From Lingula anatina (taxonomy: Eukaryota > Animalia > Brachiopoda): a DNA stretch of 64,000 nt. Under the pieces are notes generated by a model that was not told the DNA's origin, made no database searches, and was given only the letters and a program-made list of their open reading frames with translations. Below, piece by piece: positions 24,762-34,775 of this stretch (within the stretch, counting starts at the first letter, position 1; each line of letters begins with the position of its first letter). The stretch is from positions 17,708,651 through 17,772,650 of the forward strand of contig CM120647.1 in assembly GCA_051362555.1 (NCBI GenBank). The letters are read 5' to 3'. The position numbers and the translations under genes are program-made.

Positions 24762-24844
24762 CTGAAATCCCTTGTATTTAATGAGTTCCTTTAGCCTGTC
24801 TACCACATAGAAATATCCTTCTTCGTCATAATGCCCAATGTCAC
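24762..24844 (-). CDS. Acyl-CoA synthetase exon 9b ([28 protein letters not shown])
   Basis: TAG acceptor, GTAAG donor, 83 nt, hinge motif [11 protein letters not shown]. Confidence 0.9.
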
Positions 24845-25051
24845 CTAAAAGAACATCGATCAACATCTTGTTAATATTTCCAACCGCATATAGAGCCAAT
24901 TAAATCTAGTACCATCTTAAGTCTGTGATAACAAGTCAATAATCTTATAATATTCTTGGTTTTGCAAATATCATCAAAAGTGAAAGTAAAGTGGCAACTT
25001 TATCCTAATCTGCTCGTTCAAAATCTAAATGCAACAAGAGATTGTAAAAAC

Positions 25052-25196
25052 CTGTGTGAAACCACTCGTCTTTGTCAATACACTCAGCAGTGGCTTGAGG
25101 AAGGTTGAAGTACCCTTTCATCACTTGGGGCCCACGGAACCAGAGTTCGCCATCTTGATTGGCACCAAGAACCTGTTTGGTTTCCGGGTCCACTAC
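25052..25196 (-). CDS. Acyl-CoA synthetase exon 8b ([48 protein letters not shown])
   Basis: CAG acceptor, GT donor, 145 nt, [14 protein letters not shown] motif. Confidence 0.88.
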
Positions 25197-25312
25197 CTGG
25201 GAACAGATTATTTCTTGTATTAAGTTGAAAAATCAGTTTGTGTCCTGTTATATAAACGATTTAAAGAATATCGATTCCTCAATGTTAGAGTTAACGCCTT
25301 CATTGGTAACTA

Positions 25313-26968
25313 CAGGGTTACCACTTAATATGGAATATTATTTTTTGGCGAGTAAATTTTCTACAAAATATTTAATTACTCTCTAACTACTTTATTTCCA
25401 AAGCTGAGGTGTCACTCCATGTGTAACCAGGTGTGTTAATTACCACACAATTCTCGAAACAATTGATGCATGCAGTTGCATGTTCTATGGTCAGAAATGT
25501 GAGGGGTGGTCTTTTCGGCAATTTCCGCCCTTGTATAAAAATGCATGGGTTTGGTCAATCTTTGGAGTGTGTTTAGAGAAGCAACAAAGGGATCGCTCTG
25601 AAACTTGACAGGTACCTTAGTGAAGATATGGTTCGACAGCTAAGCAACGCAGCTTACTATGGGATTCTTGCTCTCAGAGAAAATGGCCAGAAACGGACAG
25701 CCATTGCCAGGTAATTCAACATTTATCAGGAACCGTTTGTGAAGTCCTCCAAAGAAATGCTGCAACAGGGGCACCTACTCCAATACCTCGACCAGGGTGT
25801 CCGCGTATCACACCAAGAAGACAGGATCGCTTCTCCTTAGATGACGCCGTGCTGGTCGAACAAAGACAACCAGTGTCCTCAGAAAAGAGAGGCAGAATGT
25901 CATTCAAACCCCCGTTTCAAGGTCCCTCGTGAACAAGAGATTACTGCAAGCTGGTTATTTTGCACGAAGGCCAGTAGGGAAACCACTGTTAACAGCAGGT
26001 CATATACAGCGACGTCTGCAATGGGCTGGAGACCACGTACGTTTGCAGCCAAAACACTGGAATCACGTCGTTTTAAGTGATGAGGTCAGATATGGATTTT
26101 TTTAGGGTTGATGGTCGAATCCGTGTCCACCGACGTGTACGAGGGGCATAAAACGATGATTGTGTACTGCCTAGGGTGCAAGCAGGGGATGGTAACGTCT
26201 CTGTTTGGGGAGCATTTCATGTCGGTGCCCAGAACCAGTTGGTTTTTCTAGGAGGCATCCTCATCCAGGATTCCTACAGAGACATTCTACAGCAAACAAT
26301 GCTTCGATTGGTAAGAGTCATCTTCAGGAACAACTTTGTGTACCAAGACGACTGCGCAACCCCACATCGAGGCCGCAGAATCACTGTTTTTCTTCAAAAC
26401 CAATGGGTTCAGCAACTGTCCCGGCCTGCAAACTCTCCAGATATGAACCCAATTGAAAATCTGTGGGCGGAAATAACTCACAGAATTAATAGCTATGGCT
26501 CTCGGCCGGTAAATAGTGATGAACTGCGACAGGCAAACATCACTGCGTGGAATGATATCCCCACCCAAACTCTAAAATACGTGTCACAGGGTATGCCATG
26601 TAGGATGAGGGCGCTGCAAGCGGCTGCTGGAGGTCATACCCGCAATTACTGACTTTTCATGAATTACTGTAGTGAGTTCTTTGACAGTGTAACATATCAC
26701 TGTCCGGAGGCTATCCTTTTCTTTAATATCTTATCTCAAAGTTTATACTGACATCAAACTGTTGATATGGTTTTCTGGGGGTGTTCCTTTCTTTTGAATG
26801 GCATCTTATGTCAGATTTGATATTATTGACCAAAATATCTCACAACAGAAGACTGGATGTTATTATCACTCAGTGACATACTTTTTTAATGACTCAAGCC
26901 AAAAAAATTTTAATCAGCACTCATAAATAACAATGATAAAAAATATTCCATATTAAGTAGCAACCCTG
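25313..26968 (+). mobile_element. Tc1/mariner (DD34E) transposon, degenerate, in intron 7b
   Basis: 27-bp TIRs CAGGGTT(AC/GC)(C/T)ACTTAATATGGAATATT with TA on both sides. The paralogous intron 7a (~31840) shows the empty site TTGGTAGC-TA-CTTT. Confidence 0.92.
25628..26652 (+). pseudogene. Tc1-family transposase pseudogene
   Basis: MVRQLSNAAYYGILALRENG... with stops and frameshifts; RPGCPRIT linker; VVLSDE, YQDDCATPH and SPDMNPIENLW motifs, with 34 residues between the second D and the E; ends GGHTRNY*. Confidence 0.9.
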
Positions 26969-27110
26969 TACTATTATATTTATACATATTCCTTCCATGT
27001 ATAAATATATCCGCTTCTTCATATAATATAATTTATTCATCAAGTTTAAAATTAAACACGTCAGTCACCTGTGAGTTTTTAATTTTTTACTATTTTCTCT
27101 TAGGCATTTA

Positions 27111-27325
27111 GGGCGTATTCCCAGAGCTTTTAGATAGATCTATCCCCGCGGGAAGTCTCACTAGATTACTGTCCGATAATCCGGCTTAAATGTCCGTCCC
27201 GCCTACTACAAGCTGTAAGGGGGCAATTAACTTTCGTGCCCGCTCGGCTAACAGCTATTTAGCGTGAACCCCCAGGGAGTTAGGTCGATCTAGTTTGGAT
27301 CGATCTAATCTCTGGGAATGGGGTC
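27111..27325. mobile_element. PIF/Harbinger (Tourist-like) MITE in intron 7b
   Basis: TTA|GGGCGTATTCCCAGAG ... CTCTGGGAATGGGGTC|TTA; same family as 10169-10393. Confidence 0.8.
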
Positions 27326-27598
27326 TTAGAATGAGATAGCTGAAGCTTTGGGGATTCTGATGCCATCAATTAAGTTTACTCTCAATAATTAGATGTCAAA
27401 GGTATCCTGGAGATGGGCTTCTGTGGGGGAGTGCGGACATAGGGCTACCCATTTATATCACCTACTTTTTTTACGCCAAAACCAGGACAGCTCCTGATTT
27501 TAAAATAAATTCCAAATTTAGATTCCTCCTGTCCATTATCTTTAAATTGTTTGTCACAGCATTGCTAACAGCATGAGAATTTTTTTAATTTGGCCTAC

Positions 27599-27705
27599 TT
27601 TGCATTCCGTATCTGGCACCAGTATTCCACAGGATCCAGACTTTCTTGGAAAGCAATTGACTCTAGGGGGTGCCAGCAACGCGCTACTCTCAGTAAGGCC
27701 ATACC
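27599..27705 (-). CDS. Acyl-CoA synthetase exon 7b (GYGLTESSALLAPPRVNCFPRKSGSCGILVPDTECK)
   Basis: TAG acceptor, GTAGG donor, 107 nt (one codon shorter than 7a, in frame), GYGLTE motif. Confidence 0.88.
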
Positions 27706-27789
27706 CTAAAATACATATATTTTTCATAAGTGTATTTTTATGTTGTTTTAAATGTCCAAATTTCAAAGATATTTTGAAAGAGTTGATAA

Positions 27790-28008
27790 AGCCCCCTTTA
27801 CACTGGACGGCGTCCTTTCTGCATCACGTAGTACGGCCCCGTTTGAGAGTAAAAAAATAATACTTTGCATGCTGACAACTGGCCGATCATTGAGGATTCA
27901 TTTTGCAACCAGAGCGATGTTTGTGCCTCCTTTCTACGACCACAGCGATGCCAGATGCATGGTCTCACAAAGGACGCAGAAAGGACGCCGTCCAATGTAA
28001 AGGGGGTT
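27790..28008. mobile_element. PIF/Harbinger-like MITE in intron 6b
   Basis: TAA|AGCCCCCTTTACACTGGACGGCGTCCTTTCTGC ... GCAGAAAGGACGCCGTCCAATGTAAAGGGGGTT|TAA (~33-bp TIRs, 3-bp TSD). Absent from intron 6a. Confidence 0.85.
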
Positions 28009-28274
28009 TAACTATGCACTCGCTGAGATTAAATCAAGAAAACAATGCTGCTAAGGCAATGACAAATCTATTTTAGGCAATATTGCAGCCGTTTTGATTA
28101 GCTGTCAGTTTAGAATTCACAACATAATACTTATAGGTAGCAATAAGAAACACTTACAATGCGTCACAAGAACCTGAAAGAAATTAAAGAGAGTGTAGGC
28201 TATCTGAAATAATTTTTGGGGAAATGATAAGAACTATGTTATTTTATATCATTTTCAAAGGTTATTACAAGTAC

Positions 28275-28443
28275 CTTGTCCAATAGCTATTCCCAACCGT
28301 TTCTGTATGGCGATCTCAGTATTCTTGCCTAGTGGGGCAGCTCCGCTTAGAATGTCTCGCACACAAGAAAGGTCATACTTATCTACCAGCGGGTTCTTTG
28401 CCAGATGAATGACTGTAGGGGGCACACAGTGCAAGACGCTACC
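28275..28443 (-). CDS. Acyl-CoA synthetase exon 6b (GSVLHCVPPTVIHLAKNPLVDKYDLSCVRDILSGAAPLGKNTEIAIQKRLGIAIGQ)
   Basis: TAG acceptor, GT donor, 169 nt, YDLS and SGAAPL motifs. Confidence 0.88.
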
Positions 28444-29310
28444 CTAAGCGTAGAAAGTGAAAGTGAAACTGAAAGTACGTTTTTTTTTTCAATTCCATTG
28501 ATTGAAAAATGTTAGAATAGATAATGCTATATGTGAACTTATATCTGGGAGTCAAAGGTCGAAACATACTGTCCTCTGTTTATAAAGCTATAACATTAAA
28601 CTGAGATAGTATTAGTCTGTAGCTTCGCTGACCCACTTAATGCTAATATTTACGTAACTTTGTGCTCAGACCATATTAAATATATGTGCCTCTAATTTCT
28701 ATAAAATGGTATTGAACAAGGGACAACCACCAGTACCATATCAATACCAAAGTATAAACTAAGGTGTCATCTTGTTTTCCAGAGCAAAGATTCCATTTAA
28801 AGTCGCAGCGACCAAAAAAATACAAAATCAGTATTAAGAAAAAGCGTTAAGCAATCGCAGCAGGTTAAAGATGGGTGCCTATATTACAAGAGTAAATTTT
28901 GTTCATATTGTTACAAGCTATACGTTTCTTAAACTGCGAAGTTGTACGTTTGGGTTGTTAGGGGCGGAAAAATCTCTCGTGCACGTCAAAAGCGAATAAA
29001 AAAAGCGTGCAAAAGCCAGACATACACAGCTTTAAAGCCAAACTTCGTTAATTATATATGATGCGCGGACACACGCACATTAGACCAACATGGATTCATC
29101 AAAATTCTTTTCATTTTGCCATGGTTGCACTCAAAATTAGGGAGACCCACGTTGAGCAAAAGTGTACTCTACTAACAAACGACCTGCTCTTCTAACATAC
29201 TACATGTACATATATCCTTTGCCACAATTCCAAAGGGCACGGTAAGGTGAACCTCCTCGATTGTCACAATGGTGAGACGTCTGATCTGTTAATTCTAGAC
29301 GGCCACAGTT

Positions 29311-29650
29311 ATTACCTCCGCCAAGGAGGTTATGTTTTCACCCCTGTTTGTCTGTCTGTCTGTGTGTCTGTCATCAACATAACTCAAAAAGCTTTGGACC
29401 GATTTTGATGAAATAATCAATCAATAATCAATAATAAAAAAACTTATTTATGGACCGATTTTGATAAAATTTTCAGGAACTGTCAGAAGTAGGCCAATGA
29501 ACAGATGATTAGTTTTTTGGTGGTGATTCTGATCAATAATCAATCAGTAATCAATAATCAAAAACATCGAAAATTTAGGGGTGAAACGGCATTGGATGGA
29601 GACTTTGCTGCCTTGGCGGACGTCTGCACTCTCTGAGTGCTTTTCTAGTT
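29311..29650 (+). mobile_element. Helentron-associated (HINE/DINE-1/pearl-like) non-autonomous element
   Basis: Starts ATTACCTCCGCCAAGGAGG, followed by a (GTCT)n tract, duplicated core (TGGACCGATTTTGAT), inverted CCTTGGCGGA, and 3' hairpin GCACTCTCTGAGTGC then TTTTCTAGTT. It interrupts the exon-5.1 remnant. Confidence 0.7.
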
Positions 29651-29721
29651 CCAAAATGTGAACGAAGGTTACAGTGCATGACCCCAGTGAACGTGGTACC
29701 ACTGGTGAGACGAGAATGGCA

Positions 29722-30040
29722 GTCCTAGGAATGGAAGTCCGGGACCCCATATGCTAAGTACAGGTTGGGGTTAGTTGGGGTATTGGGGTTAGTATATGGA
29801 ACGAATGTCACCTAAACATATAATGAAGACCGGAATATGGTTCCCAGCGAACATCCATTCCTGTAATACCGGTGTCACGAAACTGAGGGTCCGTGTGACA
29901 GAAAGTCCGCCCTCCATATGGTTATAATGGTTAGGGTTAGTTTGACCTAAGTAGGTCAAAATCTAGGGCTGGGCTCACCTGTACAAATGAATGGGAAACG
30001 GACTCTCTGTCATGGGGGACTTTCTGGTACATGACATCGG
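29722..30040. mobile_element. Two adjacent short MITEs inside the exon-5.1 remnant
   Basis: Inverted ends GGAATGGAAGT/ACATCCATTCC (~29722-29868) and CCGGTGTCACG/CATGACATCGG (29869-30040), with GGGTTAG-type internal tracts. Confidence 0.55.
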
Positions 30041-30416
30041 GATAATATGTGCACCCAGAGCTGCGGAGGAGAAAGGAATGAGTGCCAAGTTTGAAGTGAC
30101 AACTACGACATGGGGTGATTGGAAAGGAATCCGTAGCAAGGCTGGGGGGGGGGGGGGGGGGTCGGGGTTCCAAAAGAACCGCCTTTTTGACTTGAAAAGG
30201 TCCGCTCTGAATCAAAAATTGATCTTGGCTCTATGATATGCGTTGGACTGGGTCAACGTAAGAAGTTAATTTTTTTTTCAGAAAAGATATCCCTTCCTTT
30301 GAAATTTCTGTTTACACAGATAGAGTTCAGTGGATCGCTGTTTCGTTACTTACCACTTTGTGTGCAATCTAAACCCAGTGTCCATTCATTCACAATAAGG
30401 ACAAATGGCAGTTCAA

Positions 30417-30422
30417 TTTATT
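30417..30422 (-). terminator. Candidate polyadenylation signal AATAAA for the exon-11a isoform
   Basis: TTTATT on the + strand, ~175 nt downstream of the 11a stop codon. Confidence 0.4.
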
Positions 30423-30595
30423 ATCTTTATATAGAATTTAAACATCTCGTTTAATATGCCGTCATGAAAAAATACAGTATCAATACATTGTATGCATCCC
30501 TTGGAATAAAGTTTGTTGTCTTCGAGGTCCGTACTATGACATTTTGATAGGTGACACATCTGGTGCCAATAATAATAATACCGCAAACAGTTTAG

Positions 30596-30729
30596 TTACA
30601 GTTTCGCTTTTAATTGCTTTGAGGCTCTCTTCCTGAGCTCCCGGCGGAGAATCTTTCCACTTGGAGACTTAGGGATTTCAGTGACGAATTCCACGCCGCC
30701 CCGCAGACGCTTGTGTGGCGCCAAGTGCT
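30596..30729 (-). CDS. Acyl-CoA synthetase terminal exon 11a (...[25 protein letters not shown])
   Basis: CAG acceptor, catalytic Lys motif, PTS1 AKL then TAA, 134 nt. Confidence 0.92.
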
Positions 30730-30905
30730 CTGGAAGGAATAGAAATGACGTGGATAGATACGTCACAAAAAATTATTTTTTTTATCATTTTTAGAGGTTA
30801 GGGTAGAACTTCAATACCAGTTCAATGTTATGTACAGTGTTTGTTCATTGATATGTAAGCATTGTCTTATTGGAATAATTTGAGCAAACTATCAGATGTT
30901 CTCAC

Positions 30906-31071
30906 CTGCTACGAAATCGGATATATCTTGAGCAGTAGCCGTGACGTCATGTTTAAATATGACGTAAGCTTTGGGCAGCTCGCCCGCTATCTCATCCGGG
31001 ACTCCAATTACAGCTACGTCAGCAACAGCAGGGTGGGTGTGGATCAGGTGCTCGAGTTCTGCTGGTGCCAC
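30906..31071 (-). CDS. Acyl-CoA synthetase exon 10a (VAPAELEHLIHTHPAVADVAVIGVPDEIAGELPKAYV...)
   Basis: TAG acceptor, GTGAG donor, 166 nt. Confidence 0.92.
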
Positions 31072-31289
31072 CTAGCGATACATTTTCAGATTATTAACTT
31101 ATAGAGAAATGAAAACAAAGTAAAGTCGGTTTGAAATCACGTGCGTCTGGACAATGTGTGTATGAGCATTGCTGTAAATGAAAGTTGGTAAAAGGAACGG
31201 GTACTGAATCATAAGTTTTGTATAAGAACACTCCATGAATCCACTTACAGCATAATTTTCATATACTGTGAAGTGATCTTCTGTGTTAC

Positions 31290-31372
31290 CTGAAATCCCT
31301 TGTATTTAATGAGTTCCTTAAGCCTGTCTACCACATAGAAATATCCTTCTTCGTCATAATGCCCGATATCAC
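31290..31372 (-). CDS. Acyl-CoA synthetase exon 9a ([28 protein letters not shown])
   Basis: TAG acceptor, GTAAC donor, 83 nt. Confidence 0.92.
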
Positions 31373-31572
31373 CTAAAAGAACAACCATCTTGTCAATAAT
31401 TCAAACCGCATATGGAGCCATTTAAAACTAGTACCATCTAAAGTCTGTGATAACAAGTCAATCTTATAATTTTCTTGGTTTTGATAACATCATCAAAAGT
31501 GAAATTGAATTGGCAATTTCGTCCTTAATAGCTGCCCGTTCTAAATCTAAATGCAGTAAGAAATTTAAAAAC

Positions 31573-31717
31573 CTGTGTGAAACCATCCGTCTTTGTCAAT
31601 ACATTCAGCAGTGGCTTGAGGAAGGTTGAAGTATCCTTTCATCACTTGGGGTCCACGGAACCAGAGTTCGCCATCTTGATTGGCACCAAGAACCTGTTTG
31701 GTATCCGGGTCCACTAC
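31573..31717 (-). CDS. Acyl-CoA synthetase exon 8a ([48 protein letters not shown])
   Basis: CAG acceptor, GT donor, 145 nt, DGWFHTGD motif completed by exon 9. Confidence 0.92.
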
Positions 31718-32052
31718 CTGGGGATATATTCTCTCATGTATTACATGTAACAGCTGACAAATAAAAAAAGTGCACCCTGTTATATTTGTGATTTAAAGAA
31801 TATGGATTTCTTCAATGTTAAAATTAACGTCTCCAGTTGGTAGCTACTTTAGAATTCTTTTATTTCACTCGCTAACTAGTAGTTTTCATTTATTCGCCAC
31901 TTTCTATTCATTTGTTTATGTCAGAACTATAGTATAAAATTTCTAAATTAAAAAATATTATAGGGCCTACGTGTTAAGATTTCCGTTTTCATAATTATGA
32001 AAAAATTACGAAAATGATAAAACCACGAAACATTACGTGTTCACGCCCTTAC

Positions 32053-32162
32053 TTTGCTTTCTGTATTTGGTACAAGTATTCCTGAGGATCCAGACTTTCT
32101 TGGAAAGCAATTGACCCTAGGGGGCGCTAGTACAACTGGGCTTGTCTCAGTAAGTCCATAAC
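32053..32162 (-). CDS. Acyl-CoA synthetase exon 7a (GYGLTETSPVVLAPPRVNCFPRKSGSSGILVPNTESK)
   Basis: GAG acceptor, GTAAGG donor, 110 nt, QGYGLTET motif. Confidence 0.9.
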
Positions 32163-32363
32163 CTCAAATATGTACGCATTTTGCATTACATGTACATATG
32201 TGTAAAATTTTATGTTACTCTTATGGTTCAAATTTTAAATAACTATAAGCACTCACTTTAAAATCAAATAACGCACTCGTATTTAGGCCTACTTGTCAGA
32301 CAATGGCATTTAAGAAAATAACTTTAACAGATTAAGTATCAAATTGGTAATAAGAAAAAAATA

Positions 32364-32467
32364 CCCAGCAAAAACCAAACATTTCACAACGTTACCTTAT
32401 GTTACCATAACGTTTTTTTTTTCATTATAAAAACGTTATGGTAACGTTATAATAGCATTTTTCTGGG
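32364..32467. mobile_element. Small TA-flanked MITE (CCCAGCAAA...TTTCTGGG) in intron 6a
   Basis: TIRs with TA on both sides and internal AACGTT repeats. Absent from intron 6b. A related copy lies at ~35078-35178. Confidence 0.65.
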
Positions 32468-32536
32468 TAGCAATGCGTCATTCAAAGTAGGTAAAAAAAT
32501 AGGAAGTTTATCTGAAATGTTTCAATTTACAAATAC

Positions 32537-32705
32537 CTTGTCCAATGGATATTCCCAGCCGTTTCTGTATGGCAATCTCAGTATTCTTGCCTAGTGGCGC
32601 CGCCCCGCTTAGAATGTCTCGAACACAAGAAAGGTCATACTTGTCTACCAGCGGGTTCTTTGCCAGATGAATAACTATAGGGGGCACACAGTGCAAGACG
32701 CTACC
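32537..32705 (-). CDS. Acyl-CoA synthetase exon 6a (GSVLHCVPPIVIHLAKNPLVDKYDLSCVRDILSGAAPLGKNTEIAIQKRLGISIGQ)
   Basis: AAG acceptor after a pyrimidine tract, GTATTT donor, 169 nt. Confidence 0.92.
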
Positions 32706-33239
32706 CTTGGAGAGGAAAGTGAAAGTGAAAGCAATTCCTTCGCAGATTGAATGATTATTTAAGTACACCTTCATAGTAATGTGTGTATTAATTCTTTGGG
32801 AGCTAAACAGTGTTACTTGGTGTACACCTTTTACAGAGCGAGAGTACAAAAATGAAAGTAATCTGTTTTTATGGTTCCAATGAGATGGTCAATATGTTTG
32901 AATATAGCCTATACCCGTCTGTAACTTTGCTTTTCAATTTGTGGAGCATTAATCATCTTAAATAATTGCGAATCAAATTTTTAAACAAGGCAGCAAAGCT
33001 GTCAAATGTACAGACAAAAAGCAGGAAATAACAAAAAAGGCTACTGTCAATTCTGATGCAAAAATACATTATGTTAAACTGCAAATTCAACATCAAATTT
33101 TAATTATGCTCAACAGGTAATACAAACGTAAGTTAAATGTGTAACAAGCATAAGGCTTCAGGCCCATGGGAGTTCAAGTTCACACTTTGAAAATGTATAA
33201 CTTCCAGAAAAAGAAGCCAATTAGACTGCTTTTCCAACT

Positions 33240-34775
33240 CAGGCTGCATGTCGATTTTTGAACTTGATCTGCGTTTTAGTAAGATCGATTACTAATGAGA
33301 GTTTCATGACAACAGGCCTATCGGTTTTCCTTGAAATGTGTTTACAGTGTTGCATATATGTTGAAAAGTGAAAAAAAAGCATAACTTCTACAATAATGGC
33401 CCGATCATCCTGATTTTCGAACTTGACCTGCATTTTATGAAAATTCATCAGCTCTATAAATACAAAGCCCAAAAGAAAAACTGCCTTCCACTTATCGTGT
33501 TTACAATGAAAGTGCAAGGCGCCGGCGTCGGCGATGATGGCGACGACAGACGCAGGGGATGGCAATATGTACAGACACATTTATATATATTAACTGTACT
33601 GTTTGAGAACAGTAATTGACATGGTTTTTCTTAAATGGTCACAATGGGAGCAGTGACCAAATTAGGTTTTTTACAAATTTTGATGCAATAACATAATTTT
33701 TAACAGCATAATAACCATCAATTTTTAATAATAAAATATTAGTATCATGGATATTCAGAAAATGTGACTAGCAAAGGTCTTCAGGCCCATGGAACTTCAA
33801 AGTTACAACTTGAAAATGCCAAAATGTAAACAAGACAGCACTGTTCTGAAATGGGTTATTTTTAACAATTTTTAACATAAAACAAAATTAACAGTTTACT
33901 GCCATTTTTATATGACCAACTAAAAAAATTGATGAGATGGGAAAAATATCAATAGAGCAGTGTTAAATGTCCAATTTCTTCCATTCTGAGATTCTGAACA
34001 TAGTGAATGATTCAGTCTGACAAACTGCAATGATATGAGTTTATTTCCATTTTTGAAACTTTATTACACAATATACAATAACAAGTTTAACATCATTTTT
34101 ACAAAATCAACTAACAATGTTGTAAAGATGCAGGAAATGTCAAAAAAACACTTTTACATATCTTATTAATTAAATAATGAAACTGTTAACATGCCTAAGA
34201 ATTGAATCTAAGGAAATGTAAAGAACAGCATAACTTCTAAAATAATGGCCCGATTATGCTGATTTTTGAACTTAACCTGCATTTTAGCAGGAATGACCAC
34301 TCCTGTGAGTTTAATGACAATTGGCCTATCTGTTTTTCTTATATCGTGTTTACAGTGTTGCATATATGCTGAAAAGTGAAAAAAAAAGCATAACTACTAA
34401 AATAGTGGCCCGATCATGCCGATTTTCGAACTTGACCTGCGTTTTAGTAAGATCAATTTTTCCTGTGAGTTTCATGACAACAGGCCTATCGGTTTTTGTT
34501 GAAATGTGTTTACAGTGTTGCATATATCCTGAAAAGTGAAAAAACAGCATAACTTCTACAATAATGGCCCGATCATGCTGATTTTCGAACTTGACCTGCA
34601 TTTTATGAATATTCATCAGCTCTGTAAATATAAAGCCAAAAAGTAAAACTGTCTTCCACTTATTGTGTTTACAAGGAAAGTGCACGGCGACGACGGCGAC
34701 GGCGACAGCGACGACGGCGACGGCGACGACAGACGCAGGTGATGGCAATATGTACAGACACATCTGTGTCTGTAC
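33240..34775. mobile_element. Two copies (~33240-33585, ~34220-34775) of a repeat with ~160-bp tandem core and (GACGGC)n tract, HINE/pearl-like
   Basis: Recurring core GCATAACTTCTACAATAATGGCCCGATCAT..GATTTTCGAACTTGACCTGC; shared end CGACGACAGACGCAGG..GATGGCAATATGTACAGACAC. Confidence 0.6.

Larger units (their letters stand above)
28930..30140 (-). pseudogene. Decayed duplicate of the exon-5 cassette (exon 5.1 remnant broken by TEs; exon 5.2 acceptor mutated and exon deleted)
   Basis: 30061-30140 matches the acceptor region of exon 5.1 (36649-36760). 29651-29720 and 29215-29310 match the middle and 3' part of exon 5.1 with stops and indels. 28970-29150 matches the 5.1-5.2 intron. GGGTTGTTAG (~28952) vs GGGTTGCTAG (36207) corresponds to acceptor AG->AA. 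Confidence 0.7.

Noticed and set aside
23463-28443. Block b as an uncollapsed allele or as an independent second gene
   Set aside because: Divergence, an in-frame indel and block-specific TE insertions exceed allelic variation. No exons 1-4 or intact exon 5 are present between the blocks.
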